The position numbers and the translations under genes were made by a program. From an uncultured virus (IMG/VR IMGVR_UViG_3300024509_000012) (Duplodnaviria; Heunggongvirae; Uroviricota; Caudoviricetes), in IMG/VR virus record IMGVR_UViG_3300024509_000012: 64,000 nt of DNA, one strand, 5' to 3'. Below the pieces are notes generated by a model. The model searched no databases. It saw only the letters and a list, made by a program, of their open reading frames with translations, and was not told the DNA's origin. Of the stretch, positions 1-9,654 are shown in pieces (within the stretch, counting starts at the first letter, position 1; each line of letters begins with the position of its first letter).

Positions 1-9
1 AATTTTTAA

Positions 10-1485
10 ATGCAAGATAATACTTTATACATATCTAAACTAAATGAAAACTATATTAAAATAGATTCTGAAGCTGGTATTTTGTATGAATTAAATGAAC
101 ATTTTACATTTCTTGTTCCTGGACATACATTTATGCCAGCTTTTAGAATGAAGACATGGGATGGTAAAATAAGATTATTTTCACTTTATGAAAAGAAAAT
201 ATACTTAGGACTTCTAAAAAAAGTTTTAGAATTTGCCAAAAAAAGAGATTATAAAGTAGTAATAGAGAGTTTAGATTTAAAACCAAAACAAAATATATCA
301 CTAGAAGAGGCAACAAATTTTGTTGCCTCTTTAGATATTCCAGACATAACACCACATGATTATCAGTTAAACGCATTTATTCATTGTGTTAACAATAATC
401 GTGGTGTATTGTTGTCTCCAACTTCTAGTGGAAAATCATTAATCATTTATCTTATAACAAGATATTATCAACAGCTAGGTAAAAAAATATTAATTATTGT
501 TCCAACAACTTCTCTTGTTGAACAAATGGCTGGAGATTTCCAGAGTTATACAAAAACACCTAAATGGTCTGATAAAAATTGTCATAAAATTTACTCTGGT
601 CATGAGAAAATTAACAACTCAAATATTGTTATTTCTACATGGCAGAGTATTTATAAATTAAACAAAAATTGGTTTAAAGATTTTGATGTTCTTATTGGTG
701 ATGAGTGTCATTTATTTTCTGCCAAGTCACTTCAGGATATCACACTTAAATGTGAAAAAGCAAGTGTTAGAGTAGGAACAACAGGAACTTTAAATGGAAC
801 TAAGACACACGAATTAGTTTTAACTGGTTTGTTTGGTCCGGTCGAAAAAGTTATTACAACTAAAGAATTAATAGAAAAGAAAAAAATATCTGACATTAAT
901 ATTAACTGTTGCATCATCGAATATAGTGAGGAAGAACGTAAGATTGTAAAAAAGATGAAGTATTCCGAAGAAATTGATTATATTGTAGCACATAAAGGTA
1001 GAAATAATTTCCTCGTTAATTTAACTACATCTTGTGAAGGTAATACATTATTACTTTTCAATCTTGTTGAAAAACATGGAAAAGTATTATTTGAAATGAT
1101 TAAACAGAAAGCAAAAAATAAAAAAATATTCTTTGTTTCTGGTGAAATTTCTGCTGAAGATAGAGAAAAAGTTAGAAAAGTTTCTGAAGAAAATAATAAT
1201 GTAATTATTGTTGCTTCTTATGGAACATTCTCAACTGGTGTTTCTATCAAGAATCTACATAATGTTATATTCGCATCACCTAGTAAGTCTAGAATTAGAA
1301 ATCTACAAAGTATAGGTAGAGCATTAAGAAAAAATCATAACAAAACAACAGCAGTTTTATATGATATCGCAGATGATTTTTCATTAAAAAAACATAAAAA
1401 TTTTACTTTACAACACTTCATTGAACGTGTTAAAATATATAATGAGGAGAAATTTAAACACAAGATTTATCAAATAAAATTATGA
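10..1485 (+). CDS. uvsW: UvsW-like SF2 DNA/RNA helicase
   Basis: Walker A SPTSSGKS, DECH box, motif VI QSIGRALR; T4-like context. Confidence 0.95.
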   Translation: MQDNTLYISKLNENYIKIDSEAGILYELNEHFTFLVPGHTFMPAFRMKTWDGKIRLFSLYEKKIYLGLLKKVLEFAKKRDYKVVIESLDLKPKQNISLEEATNFVASLDIPDITPHDYQLNAFIHCVNNNRGVLLSPTSSGKSLIIYLITRYYQQLGKKILIIVPTTSLVEQMAGDFQSYTKTPKWSDKNCHKIYSGHEKINNSNIVISTWQSIYKLNKNWFKDFDVLIGDECHLFSAKSLQDITLKCEKASVRVGTTGTLNGTKTHELVLTGLFGPVEKVITTKELIEKKKISDININCCIIEYSEEERKIVKKMKYSEEIDYIVAHKGRNNFLVNLTTSCEGNTLLLFNLVEKHGKVLFEMIKQKAKNKKIFFVSGEISAEDREKVRKVSEENNNVIIVASYGTFSTGVSIKNLHNVIFASPSKSRIRNLQSIGRALRKNHNKTTAVLYDIADDFSLKKHKNFTLQHFIERVKIYNEEKFKHKIYQIKL

Positions 1486-1811
1486 TTAAACAAATTAAAT
1501 TAACAAATGGCGAAGATGTTGTATGTGATTTAGAAGAAATTCAATTGTCTGAAAATAAAGTAGCTTATATGATAAAAAATGCATATAAGATTCTACAGAT
1601 GGTTAATGAGAGAGGAGATATGAATATTGGGTTCTCCCCTTGGTTTTTATATACAGACGAAGATCAAGCAATATTTTTATCAACACAACATATAGTTGCT
1701 TATACAATACCTTCATCTAAAATTATGAGTTTTTATACTAAGACTATTAATAATGAAATGGACGATGAATTTGAAGAATTAAACGATACAATAGGAGATG
1801 TTATCCACTAA
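1482..1811 (+). CDS. conserved T4-like hypothetical protein between uvsW and gp55
   Basis: IKLTNGED N-terminus; overlapping start/stop with both neighbours. Confidence 0.7.
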   Translation: MIKQIKLTNGEDVVCDLEEIQLSENKVAYMIKNAYKILQMVNERGDMNIGFSPWFLYTDEDQAIFLSTQHIVAYTIPSSKIMSFYTKTINNEMDDEFEELNDTIGDVIH

Positions 1812-2353
1812 TGAAAAGAAAACATTATGTTGACAATACTAAACTTTTAGAATCACTTGTTGAATACAAAGAACAAGTTTTAAAAGCTCAGGAAAATAAT
1901 GAACAGAAACCAAAAATTCCAGAGTATGTTGGTGAGTGTATTTTATTAATCAGTGAACATTTGTCATACAAACCAAATTTTATTAATTATACATTTAAAG
2001 ATGACATGGTTGGTGATGCTATTGAAAATTGTTTGATGTATATTGATAACTTCGATCCAGACAAATCAAAAAATCCATTCGCATATTTAACACAAATAAT
2101 TTACTATGCTTTCCTAAGAAGAATAGAAAAAGAAAGCAAACAATCTTACATTAAATGTAAGTTATTAGAAAAAATGGAAGTGATTGGTTTAGATAGACAA
2201 GATCACGACAATAAAGAATATACTAATAATTATATTGGTTATATGCAAGAAAATATCGGTGATATTATCAAAAATTTTGAACAAAAAGAAACTAACAAGA
2301 AGAAAAAAACTACTAAGCATAAAGAACTTAATTTGGGAGCAATCTTCGATTAG
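1811..2353 (+). CDS. gp55: late-transcription sigma factor gp55
   Basis: HYVDN, NYTFKDDMVGDAIEN and NPFAYLTQIIYYAFLRRIEKE motifs; upstream of gp47/gp46. Confidence 0.95.
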   Translation: MKRKHYVDNTKLLESLVEYKEQVLKAQENNEQKPKIPEYVGECILLISEHLSYKPNFINYTFKDDMVGDAIENCLMYIDNFDPDKSKNPFAYLTQIIYYAFLRRIEKESKQSYIKCKLLEKMEVIGLDRQDHDNKEYTNNYIGYMQENIGDIIKNFEQKETNKKKKTTKHKELNLGAIFD

Positions 2354-2383
2354 CTGAGCGACGAAAATAAAGCTTTAATTACT

Positions 2384-2761
2384 ATGGAGAATAAAAGAAA
2401 AAGTGATTTTTCATATATTAATAAAATGAAGGAGGTGTCTAGAAATAATATTATGACAATAAATGATCCAAACCATTCAAAATTTTTAGTTGGTAGAAAA
2501 AAAGCAGCAGATCCAAATAATCCAAATAGTGTTAATAATCCAAATCATCCAGATTATGGTAAGGGTGCTAGGATAGCAAATACAAATAGACGTAAAAATT
2601 CACCAAAATATAATTTTATAAACATAGTTTCTAATATAATAGAACTAAATGCTGATGCAATATACATGGCTGAAAAATATAATTTAACAGCACATTATTT
2701 TAGAATGTTGGGGAAAGGGAAAATAATTATTTACAAAGATTGGGAACTTTATAATGAATAA
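2384..2761 (+). CDS. hypothetical basic protein, possibly a homing-endonuclease DNA-binding remnant
   Basis: Inserted between gp55 and gp47; NPNHP-type motifs and C-terminal Y-K-x-W end; no catalytic motif seen. Confidence 0.4.
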   Translation: MENKRKSDFSYINKMKEVSRNNIMTINDPNHSKFLVGRKKAADPNNPNSVNNPNHPDYGKGARIANTNRRKNSPKYNFINIVSNIIELNADAIYMAEKYNLTAHYFRMLGKGKIIIYKDWELYNE

Positions 2762-3815
2762 AAAAATAGCAATCATTACGGACACTCACTTTGGTGTCCG
2801 TAATGACAACATATATTTCATGAAAAATATGAAAATGTTCTTTGAGGACATTTTCTTTCCTTATTTACTAGAAAACAATATTGATGTACTTATTCATATG
2901 GGGGATGTTTGGGATAGGCGTAAATATATCAATTTCCATACACTAAATTTCTTTAAAGAACACTTTTTTGATAAGTTAAGAGAGTATGGAATTGAGATGT
3001 TTGTTTGTGTTGGTAATCATGATGTTTATTATAAAAATACCAATACAGTCAATTCTGTTAGTGGATTATTAAAAGAATATGATAACATTCACATTTATGA
3101 TGGTGTTGCTTCAGAAGTTAACATTAAAGGAAAAGATTTTCTTTTTATTCCTTGGTTAACTTCTGATAATGGTCAACAATCATATGAAGTTATAAATAAA
3201 ACCAAATGTAAAATTGCTTTTGGACATCTTGAAATTTCTGGTTATGAAATGCACAAAGGTGCAATTTGTGAACATGGAGAAGATAAAGATGTTTATAAAA
3301 AATTTGAAATGGTTTACACTGGACACTTTCACACAAAAAATTCTCATGGAAATATATCATATCTTGGAACTCCATATGAGATGACTTTTGCTGATTGTGG
3401 TGAAGAAAAAGGTTTTCATGTACTGGATGTTCAAACTAATGAATTAAAATATATTGTAAATCCTCATAGAATGTTCTATAGAGCAGTTTATGTTGAAGGT
3501 AATACATACAGTAAGGAATACTTTAATAAGTTTGCTTCTTCTTATGTTAAGGTTATTGTCGGTGAAGCAATTAATCCAAAGAAGTTTAGTACATTCTTAG
3601 ATTCAATTTATGCAGTTACTCCATTAGATGTTACTGTTGTTGAAGAAAAGAAAATAGAACTAGAAAATAATACAGTTGAAGTTAAGATGTCAGAAGACAC
3701 TTTAACCATTTTAAATGCTTATGTAGATGATTTAGTTTTGGATATGGATAAAAACAGACTAAAAAATTTACTAAAAGAAATATATCTTGATGCTACAGTT
3801 GAGGAAAAAGAATGA
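2754..3815 (+). CDS. gp47: recombination endonuclease subunit gp47 (Mre11/SbcD-like)
   Basis: DTHFG, GDVWD, GNHD and GHFH metallophosphoesterase motifs. Confidence 0.95.
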   Translation: MNKKIAIITDTHFGVRNDNIYFMKNMKMFFEDIFFPYLLENNIDVLIHMGDVWDRRKYINFHTLNFFKEHFFDKLREYGIEMFVCVGNHDVYYKNTNTVNSVSGLLKEYDNIHIYDGVASEVNIKGKDFLFIPWLTSDNGQQSYEVINKTKCKIAFGHLEISGYEMHKGAICEHGEDKDVYKKFEMVYTGHFHTKNSHGNISYLGTPYEMTFADCGEEKGFHVLDVQTNELKYIVNPHRMFYRAVYVEGNTYSKEYFNKFASSYVKVIVGEAINPKKFSTFLDSIYAVTPLDVTVVEEKKIELENNTVEVKMSEDTLTILNAYVDDLVLDMDKNRLKNLLKEIYLDATVEEKE

Positions 3816-5518
3816 TAAAATTTGAAACAGTAAGATGGAAGAACTTCTTATCTACAGGTAATAATTTTACTGAAATTGATTTAAACACAAAGAAAACATG
3901 GTTGATTGTTGGTGTTAATGGTTCAGGTAAATCAACTCTCCTAGATGCTATTACCTTTGGTTTATTTGGTAAGCCATTTAGAAAGATTAACAAACCACAA
4001 TTAGTAAATTCCATCAACCAGAAAGATTGTGTTGTTGAAATTGAATTTGTGGTTAACAACAACAAATATAAAGTTGTTCGTGGTTTAAAACCAAACATCT
4101 TTGAAATTTATGATAAAAATAGATTAATTGAACAGTCTGCTGATTCAAAAGATTATCAATCTTTCTTAGAAGAACAAATTTTAAATGTTAATTATAAATC
4201 TTTTATTCAAGTAGTTATTCTTGGTTCTGGAAACTATGTTCCTTTTATGCAATTATCTGCTGCTGATAGAAGATTTATTATTGAAGACTTACTTGATATT
4301 CAAATATTTTCTTCAATGAATGTTGCTTTAAAATCTAGGATGTCTGAGTTAGTTTCCGAAACAAATGTTTATCTAACACAATCTGAAATCTTAAAAGAAA
4401 GAGTTAGAATTGTTCAAAAGCATATAAATGAACTTGAAGAAAACAGTGAGAAGAAGTTACAAGAATTAAAAAATACTTTAGATAAAAATAATAGTAAAAT
4501 TTCAGAACATGAAGAAAATATTCTGAAATTAAAAGAAAAGATAACAGAATACAAAAAGAAATTGAATCCATTAAAGTCTTTAGATAAAAAGTCAAGAGAT
4601 TTTCAAACTATTATTGCTAAGTTAGAACAGAATATTCTAAAAATCAAGTCCGATATATCATTCTTTGATAAGAATACATCTTGTCCAACTTGTTCTCAAG
4701 TTATTGATGAAGATTTCAAAAAAGAAATACAAGAAACTAAAAATCAAAAGTTGAAGGAAATGTATGATGGATTCAAAGAAGCTACTTCTGAATTCAATAA
4801 AATTGAACTAAAGATAAAAGAATTAACTGAATATGCAGAAGTATTAACACAATTAAATGATGACATAAGAGAACAATCTAGTTATATTTTAGCATTAAAT
4901 GAATATAACTCAAAACTTACAGTTGACTTGGACAGTATCAAAATAGAAAAAGAGCAACCATTCAAAAAAGAAGAATTGGAAGAAACTAAAACTGAACTTG
5001 AAGATTGTTTAAAAACACTGATTAAGTTAAGGGAAGATGAAAGTTATTACCATGTGATTGGTGAGATGCTGAAAGATAGCGGGATTAAAACTAAAATTAT
5101 CAACAATTATATTCCAGTTATTAACAAGCTAATTAACCAATATTTGGATATGCTTGATTTCTTTATTTCGTTTGAGTTTGATGAGAACTTCAAAGAAAAA
5201 ATGAAATCAAGAGGTAGAGATGATTTTAGTTATGAATCATTCTCTGAAGGTGAAAAGAATAAGATTGATCTTGCAATTCTGTTTGCTTTTAGAGAAATAG
5301 CAAAGAAAAAGAATTCCACCAATACCAATTTATTGATATTTGATGAAATTCTTGATGGTTCACTTGATGTTGAAGGAACAGAAAACTTCCTTAAAATCTT
5401 GAATAAGAGTATAAAAGGAATGACTATCTACATCATATCACATAAAGATCAAGTTGTAGATAAGTTTAATAATTCAATTAGATTCCAAAAAGTTAAGAAC
5501 TTTTCACAGATTGTCTAA
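3812..5518 (+). CDS. gp46: recombination ATPase subunit gp46 (Rad50/SbcC-like)
   Basis: GVNGSGKS, coiled coil with CPTC hook, FSEGE signature, LIFDE Walker B. Confidence 0.95.
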   Translation: MIKFETVRWKNFLSTGNNFTEIDLNTKKTWLIVGVNGSGKSTLLDAITFGLFGKPFRKINKPQLVNSINQKDCVVEIEFVVNNNKYKVVRGLKPNIFEIYDKNRLIEQSADSKDYQSFLEEQILNVNYKSFIQVVILGSGNYVPFMQLSAADRRFIIEDLLDIQIFSSMNVALKSRMSELVSETNVYLTQSEILKERVRIVQKHINELEENSEKKLQELKNTLDKNNSKISEHEENILKLKEKITEYKKKLNPLKSLDKKSRDFQTIIAKLEQNILKIKSDISFFDKNTSCPTCSQVIDEDFKKEIQETKNQKLKEMYDGFKEATSEFNKIELKIKELTEYAEVLTQLNDDIREQSSYILALNEYNSKLTVDLDSIKIEKEQPFKKEELEETKTELEDCLKTLIKLREDESYYHVIGEMLKDSGIKTKIINNYIPVINKLINQYLDMLDFFISFEFDENFKEKMKSRGRDDFSYESFSEGEKNKIDLAILFAFREIAKKKNSTNTNLLIFDEILDGSLDVEGTENFLKILNKSIKGMTIYIISHKDQVVDKFNNSIRFQKVKNFSQIV

Positions 5519-6149
5519 AATTAAGAATAACCTGGAGCAACTTCTCACGATAGTTGCTCCTTTTTTCTATGTATGGTATTGTTCCACCATAATCATCTGC
5601 AATTAAAATAACAATCTGAGGAATCTTAATTCCTGTTCTTTCTTCAAACATATAGCTGTAGCATGATGCCTGAAGGAAATAATTCATAATATCATCTTTT
5701 TCCTTTATTCTTCTACTAGTCTTGAAGTCGATAATAGAAGGTTTTCCACTATAATCTGCAATACAGTCTGTACGTCCAGCAATCTGCAAATAATCGCTAT
5801 ATAATGGCACTTCTAGGCCATAAACGTTGTTTACCATATCCAGATATGGTTTAAGCTGTAAAAACGTCATGTTGGGGCTTATAGGGCGATTTAAGAGGTA
5901 TTGTTCAGCCATACCATGAATCAAGGTACCACGTTCATTAGCTCTTTTTAAAACTCTAGCTGCTTCCTCTTCACCTACACGTTTTTTCCATTCTTCAATT
6001 CCACTTTTTTCAACTGAAGACAATACTGTTGTGACAGATGGGTAAAATTTACCTTCTGGTGTTTTATAATGTCTTTTTTCGTTTATTGTTGTTTCTTCAA
6101 TTTGTGGTAATGATATAAATTTATGGGTAAATGTTTTTTGTGTTTTCAT
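5493..6149 (-). CDS. PD-(D/E)XK exonuclease
   Basis: YPSVTTVL, RGTLIH, AGRTDC, IIDFKTS, QASCY motifs. Confidence 0.88.
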   Translation of the reverse strand: MKTQKTFTHKFISLPQIEETTINEKRHYKTPEGKFYPSVTTVLSSVEKSGIEEWKKRVGEEEAARVLKRANERGTLIHGMAEQYLLNRPISPNMTFLQLKPYLDMVNNVYGLEVPLYSDYLQIAGRTDCIADYSGKPSIIDFKTSRRIKEKDDIMNYFLQASCYSYMFEERTGIKIPQIVILIADDYGGTIPYIEKRSNYREKLLQVILNFRQSVKSS

Positions 6150-6156
6150 AATTTTA

Positions 6157-6180
6157 AGGGGGGATTTCTCCCCCCATTTT
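6157..6180. terminator. GC hairpin, probable intrinsic terminator
   Basis: G-run/C-run stem (gggggg atttct cccccc) flanked by A/T between phoH and the exonuclease. Confidence 0.5.
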
Positions 6181-6913
6181 ATCCTTCAAAAGCTGAACCG
6201 TATCCTAATTTCTTCTTCTGTATTATATAGTCTTTAACTAAAGAGCTTCTAACAATATCATCAGTTTGGAATTCAATGAAGTCAAAAATTTCCATATTGT
6301 CAATGATGTTCATGAATTTTGGAAGTCCAGTTAAATCATTTCTACTCTTAATTAAATCTGTTTGGTCAATATCACCACAGAAAATAATCTTACAATTTGG
6401 ACCAACTCTGCTGATTAGTGTATCAGCTTCAGCAAATGTATAATTTTGGGCTTCATCTGCAATAACAATTGCATCATTTAAGGTGATGCCTCTTAAAAAT
6501 GAGGTAGAAACAAATTCAATTGTACCTTTTCCTTTTAGAATATCATAAGCATCACCACGTTGGAATAAGGTATTGCAAATAACTTGATAAGGCATTTCAT
6601 ACATCATCATTTTTTCTTTTGCTGTTCCAGGTAAGAATCCAATATCTCTGGATGGAACTGCTGAACGAATAATAACAATCTTTTTATATTCTTTTGAAGT
6701 AAGAATTGTTTTTAAGGCTAGATATAAAGAAATAAAGGTTTTACCTGTACCTGCTACACCATGTAAAAACAGATGATAACCTTCATTAAACGCATCAAAT
6801 ACATCTTGTTGAGCTTGTGTTTTTGGAGTGATGTTTTGAATTCTTAAACCTTGTAATGATGTAGATTTTTCAACAGGTTCTGCGTTATTTCTTCTTTTCT
6901 TATTCTGTGACAT
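6179..6913 (-). CDS. phoH: PhoH-like ATPase
   Basis: GVAGTGKT, IGFLPG, FLRGITL, DEAQN, GDIDQTD; start placed at MSQNK after AGGAG. Confidence 0.93.
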   Translation of the reverse strand: MSQNKKRRNNAEPVEKSTSLQGLRIQNITPKTQAQQDVFDAFNEGYHLFLHGVAGTGKTFISLYLALKTILTSKEYKKIVIIRSAVPSRDIGFLPGTAKEKMMMYEMPYQVICNTLFQRGDAYDILKGKGTIEFVSTSFLRGITLNDAIVIADEAQNYTFAEADTLISRVGPNCKIIFCGDIDQTDLIKSRNDLTGLPKFMNIIDNMEIFDFIEFQTDDIVRSSLVKDYIIQKKKLGYGSAFEG

Positions 6914-7003
6914 AGATCTCCTAATGTTAGGGCTAAAAATAAAAAGCACAGTTTTACACTGTGCTTTTGGAAGGATTAATGATGTTAGAGAAAATACTCA
7001 TCA

Positions 7004-7261
7004 CTAATATTTATTTTTTAGCGTATTTTTGGGTACACTATGTTTAATTCTATCTAAAACACCTTCTTTGAAGGCTTGTGGAACCTTTCTGACACCAATT
7101 CTAACTGGATCTGCAATTCTGATAGAATGTGCTACCCTTTCAATATCTTTCTGTCCACAAATTGGACAGTCTGATTGTACATAAGCTTCTAAATCATCAT
7201 AATTAACTCTTTTTTCAAAAACTTCTTCTGTTGAACTACATTTAAAATCATAAAAAGGCAT
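7004..7261 (-). CDS. FmdB-like zinc-ribbon protein
   Basis: MPFYDFKC...CPICG. Confidence 0.75.
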   Translation of the reverse strand: MPFYDFKCSSTEEVFEKRVNYDDLEAYVQSDCPICGQKDIERVAHSIRIADPVRIGVRKVPQAFKEGVLDRIKHSVPKNTLKNKY

Positions 7262-8277
7262 TATAATAAATCCTCTGGTTCAATCTTATAAAATTTAAAA
7301 TCATCATCATAATCTACTTTTACAATATCATATTGTTCAATTTGTTTACTAGCTATTAGATTACTTAAACTAATCTTTACACTTCTATCTATAATTCTCT
7401 TTAAATCTCTTGCACCATATTCTTTACTAATACCTTTTGCCAAGATATACTCTTTTGACTTATCTGTAAACTCAATAAAGATATTTTGCTTAGTTTTATA
7501 CATTATTAGATCTTGTAATAATGCTAATTCAATATTAAGAATTTTAATATAATCATCATGATTTAATTCTCTAAAATAAATCATTCTATCGAGACGATTA
7601 ATGAATTCTGGTGTAAACTTTTTCTTTACTTCAGAAATAGAAAAATTTCTCATGTCAGAGACAGAATTTAATTTATCAGTTTGTGTAAATCCTAGATCTC
7701 TTTTTTTCTTCAATTGTGCTAATTTCTGAGCACCAATATTACTTGTCATAATAATAAAACAAGAAGACATATCTACCTGTTTATTATCACCTAATGTTAA
7801 TGTACCTTTATCAAGAATACCAAGCAATAAATTCCATAGTGCATCAGAAGATTTTTCAATTTCATCAAACAAAACAATTGTAAATTTATTTTGTTCTGTT
7901 TGATGTTGCTTTATCTTTTCTTCAGAAAAAATTGGATGTGTTTCTCTATGTCCAAGATATCCAGGTGGAGAACCAACAAGTTTAGAAATTTCATGACTAT
8001 GTTGAAATTCCCCACAATCTATCTTAATAAACGCTTTATCAGAACCAAAAACACTTTCTGCAAAAGCTTCAACTACTCTTGTTTTACCAGTGCCTGTAGG
8101 ACCAATCATTAAAAGATTGGCAATCGGGCGATTAGTTGGAATTAATTTAGTTTTATATAATTGGTAATATTCACAAATAATTTCTATTGGCTCCGTTTGA
8201 CCAATAATCTTATTATACAACTTAGTTCTTAATTCCTGGGTGAAATCACCCTTGATGTTCTGATCTAATAGTTTCAT
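7261..8277 (-). CDS. stand-alone ClpA/B-type AAA+ ATPase (NBD2 only)
   Basis: IIGQ, GPTGTGKT, pore loop GSPPGYLG, VLFDEIEK, PEFINRLD, YGARDLKR; no NBD1 or N-domain. Confidence 0.9.
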   Translation of the reverse strand: MKLLDQNIKGDFTQELRTKLYNKIIGQTEPIEIICEYYQLYKTKLIPTNRPIANLLMIGPTGTGKTRVVEAFAESVFGSDKAFIKIDCGEFQHSHEISKLVGSPPGYLGHRETHPIFSEEKIKQHQTEQNKFTIVLFDEIEKSSDALWNLLLGILDKGTLTLGDNKQVDMSSCFIIMTSNIGAQKLAQLKKKRDLGFTQTDKLNSVSDMRNFSISEVKKKFTPEFINRLDRMIYFRELNHDDYIKILNIELALLQDLIMYKTKQNIFIEFTDKSKEYILAKGISKEYGARDLKRIIDRSVKISLSNLIASKQIEQYDIVKVDYDDDFKFYKIEPEDLL

Positions 8278-8282
8278 AATCC

Positions 8283-8717
8283 CTATTGATATTTAGAAGA
8301 GGCATAAAACACATGATTTTGAATTCTCACAATTTTCTTCACTTTTTTCGTCCAAGGTGGTTTGATTGAAATTTCATGGAAATATATTGATCCTTTTGTT
8401 GGATCTTTTGTCATTTTGAAGTGTCTAGCAACGAAAACACTATCGTGCCATCTCCAATCATTAACTAATTTTAGTTTTTTATTTCTTGTCCATGAAAACT
8501 GATTTTTTTGATATACTACAGCACAATATGTTTTTGGGTATTTGGGATGAAGTTTTCTATTATAGGTGACCCAGGCAACCGCCATTTTTCCTTCAAGAGC
8601 TTGATTACCAGCTTCAAAAAAGATATTTTTAGCTAAACACATAGTTTCTTTGTCAATTTTTTGCGCTGCCATTGGGAACACACATAACATTGCTGTTACT
8701 ATAATTCTTACTAGCAT
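8283..8717 (-). CDS. SleB/Hydrolase_2-like cell-wall hydrolase
   Basis: N-terminal signal peptide; CLAKNIFFEA, AVAWVTYNR, VVYQKNQFSW, HVFY. Confidence 0.88.
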   Translation of the reverse strand: MLVRIIVTAMLCVFPMAAQKIDKETMCLAKNIFFEAGNQALEGKMAVAWVTYNRKLHPKYPKTYCAVVYQKNQFSWTRNKKLKLVNDWRWHDSVFVARHFKMTKDPTKGSIYFHEISIKPPWTKKVKKIVRIQNHVFYASSKYQ

Positions 8718-8728
8718 TGTTTTTTAAA

Positions 8729-8823
8729 ATAAAAAAGGCGCAGAATCTGCGCCGATTAGATTCTCCTTAAATTTTTATCTAACTATACAATACAATTGTA
8801 ACATAATTTAAATTTATTGTCAA
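8729..8823 (-). ncRNA. candidate ~60-nt small RNA or attenuator with its own promoter and terminator
   Basis: TTGACA (8818-8823)-17-TACAAT (8795-8800), hairpin TTAGAT...ATCTAA, then GC-rich hairpin ggcgcagattctgcgcc followed by T6. Confidence 0.45.
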
Positions 8824-8829
8824 GTTAAA

Positions 8830-9165
8830 TTGCAACTTTTCTGTTGCAAGGAAAGTTGCCAACCCCGTCTGAAACTGTTTAGGCAGCAGCAGACATTGCT
8901 AATACGTTAGTATTTGCGTTTATAGTTCCCGATTTTACAGTAGTCGGCTACTGGATAGATTCCCCTTCTCTAGCTCATCCCGTCGAAACCATTTCGTCCC
9001 CCCCAAAAGCACACTGCTCAAGATTTTTATGTACACTATTATATCTTGGGTTGCACTTTGTTCGAATTTGCCATGCAACTAGCTCCTCACAATGTGCTTT
9101 TGGTGGAGACGCTGGGAGTCGAACCCAGGTCCGAAATGCATTCAATCCAGATCAACACCTATCAT
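8830..9165 (-). ncRNA. ssrA: circularly permuted (two-piece) tmRNA
   Basis: T-arm and acceptor 3' end (GGTTCGACTCC...CGTCTCCACCA, ending 9101) precede the 5' GGGGACG...TTCGAC piece (starting 9001); G3.U70 pair; tag ORF 8879-8917 ANTNVLAMSAAA-stop; outer ends approximate. Confidence 0.92.
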
Positions 9166-9169
9166 TTAA

Positions 9170-9177
9170 TATTTATA
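9170..9177 (-). promoter_or_regulatory. T4-type late promoter upstream of the tmRNA
   Basis: Exact TATAAATA on the minus strand; gp55 is in the window. Confidence 0.7.
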
Positions 9178-9188
9178 TGGTTTAATCA

Positions 9189-9653
9189 TTAATCATGATC
9201 ATATCCATCTACTGTTACACCATCATTTCGTGATACTGTAACTTCAGCATGATCACCAAACATCTCTTCTAGATCCGAATCATCAAAGATATTCATTAGT
9301 TCGTCAATGTCGTTATATGCTTTCTTAAGTGATTCAAGTGAATCAAAACCCAGTTCTTCTAAATCTAGATCTTGTCTGTATACCTCGTGGTTTAAAGTCC
9401 AAGAATCTATCGTATCATCAGAGTTATTAATCTTGTAATAATCTCGATTCACTGAAAAATAACAAGTTTCACCATCATTGAAATAAGGTGTATATTGGTT
9501 CCAAGAAAACGAGTTAAGTTGAGGGTTATTTGTAAAGATATCTTTTGAGATTTCAGTAAAGACGTTCTTTGCATTCTCCTTCATCATAATCTTGTGTTCT
9601 TCCATAACACGCTTGAACTCACGAATCTTATCTAGAAAAACATTCTTATCCAT
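9189..9653 (-). CDS. hypothetical phage protein
   Basis: Open frame with W-x-QYTPYFNDG motif; co-oriented operon. Confidence 0.7.
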   Translation of the reverse strand: MDKNVFLDKIREFKRVMEEHKIMMKENAKNVFTEISKDIFTNNPQLNSFSWNQYTPYFNDGETCYFSVNRDYYKINNSDDTIDSWTLNHEVYRQDLDLEELGFDSLESLKKAYNDIDELMNIFDDSDLEEMFGDHAEVTVSRNDGVTVDGYDHD

Positions 9654-9654
9654 A

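Noticed and set aside
5493..6149. Cas4 / CRISPR adaptation gene
   Set aside because: Lacks the four-Cys cluster and there is no array; ordinary phage PD-(D/E)XK exonuclease
9101..9135. Stand-alone tRNA or attP-like tRNA fragment
   Set aside because: Only T-arm and acceptor 3' half are present; explained as the tmRNA acceptor piece
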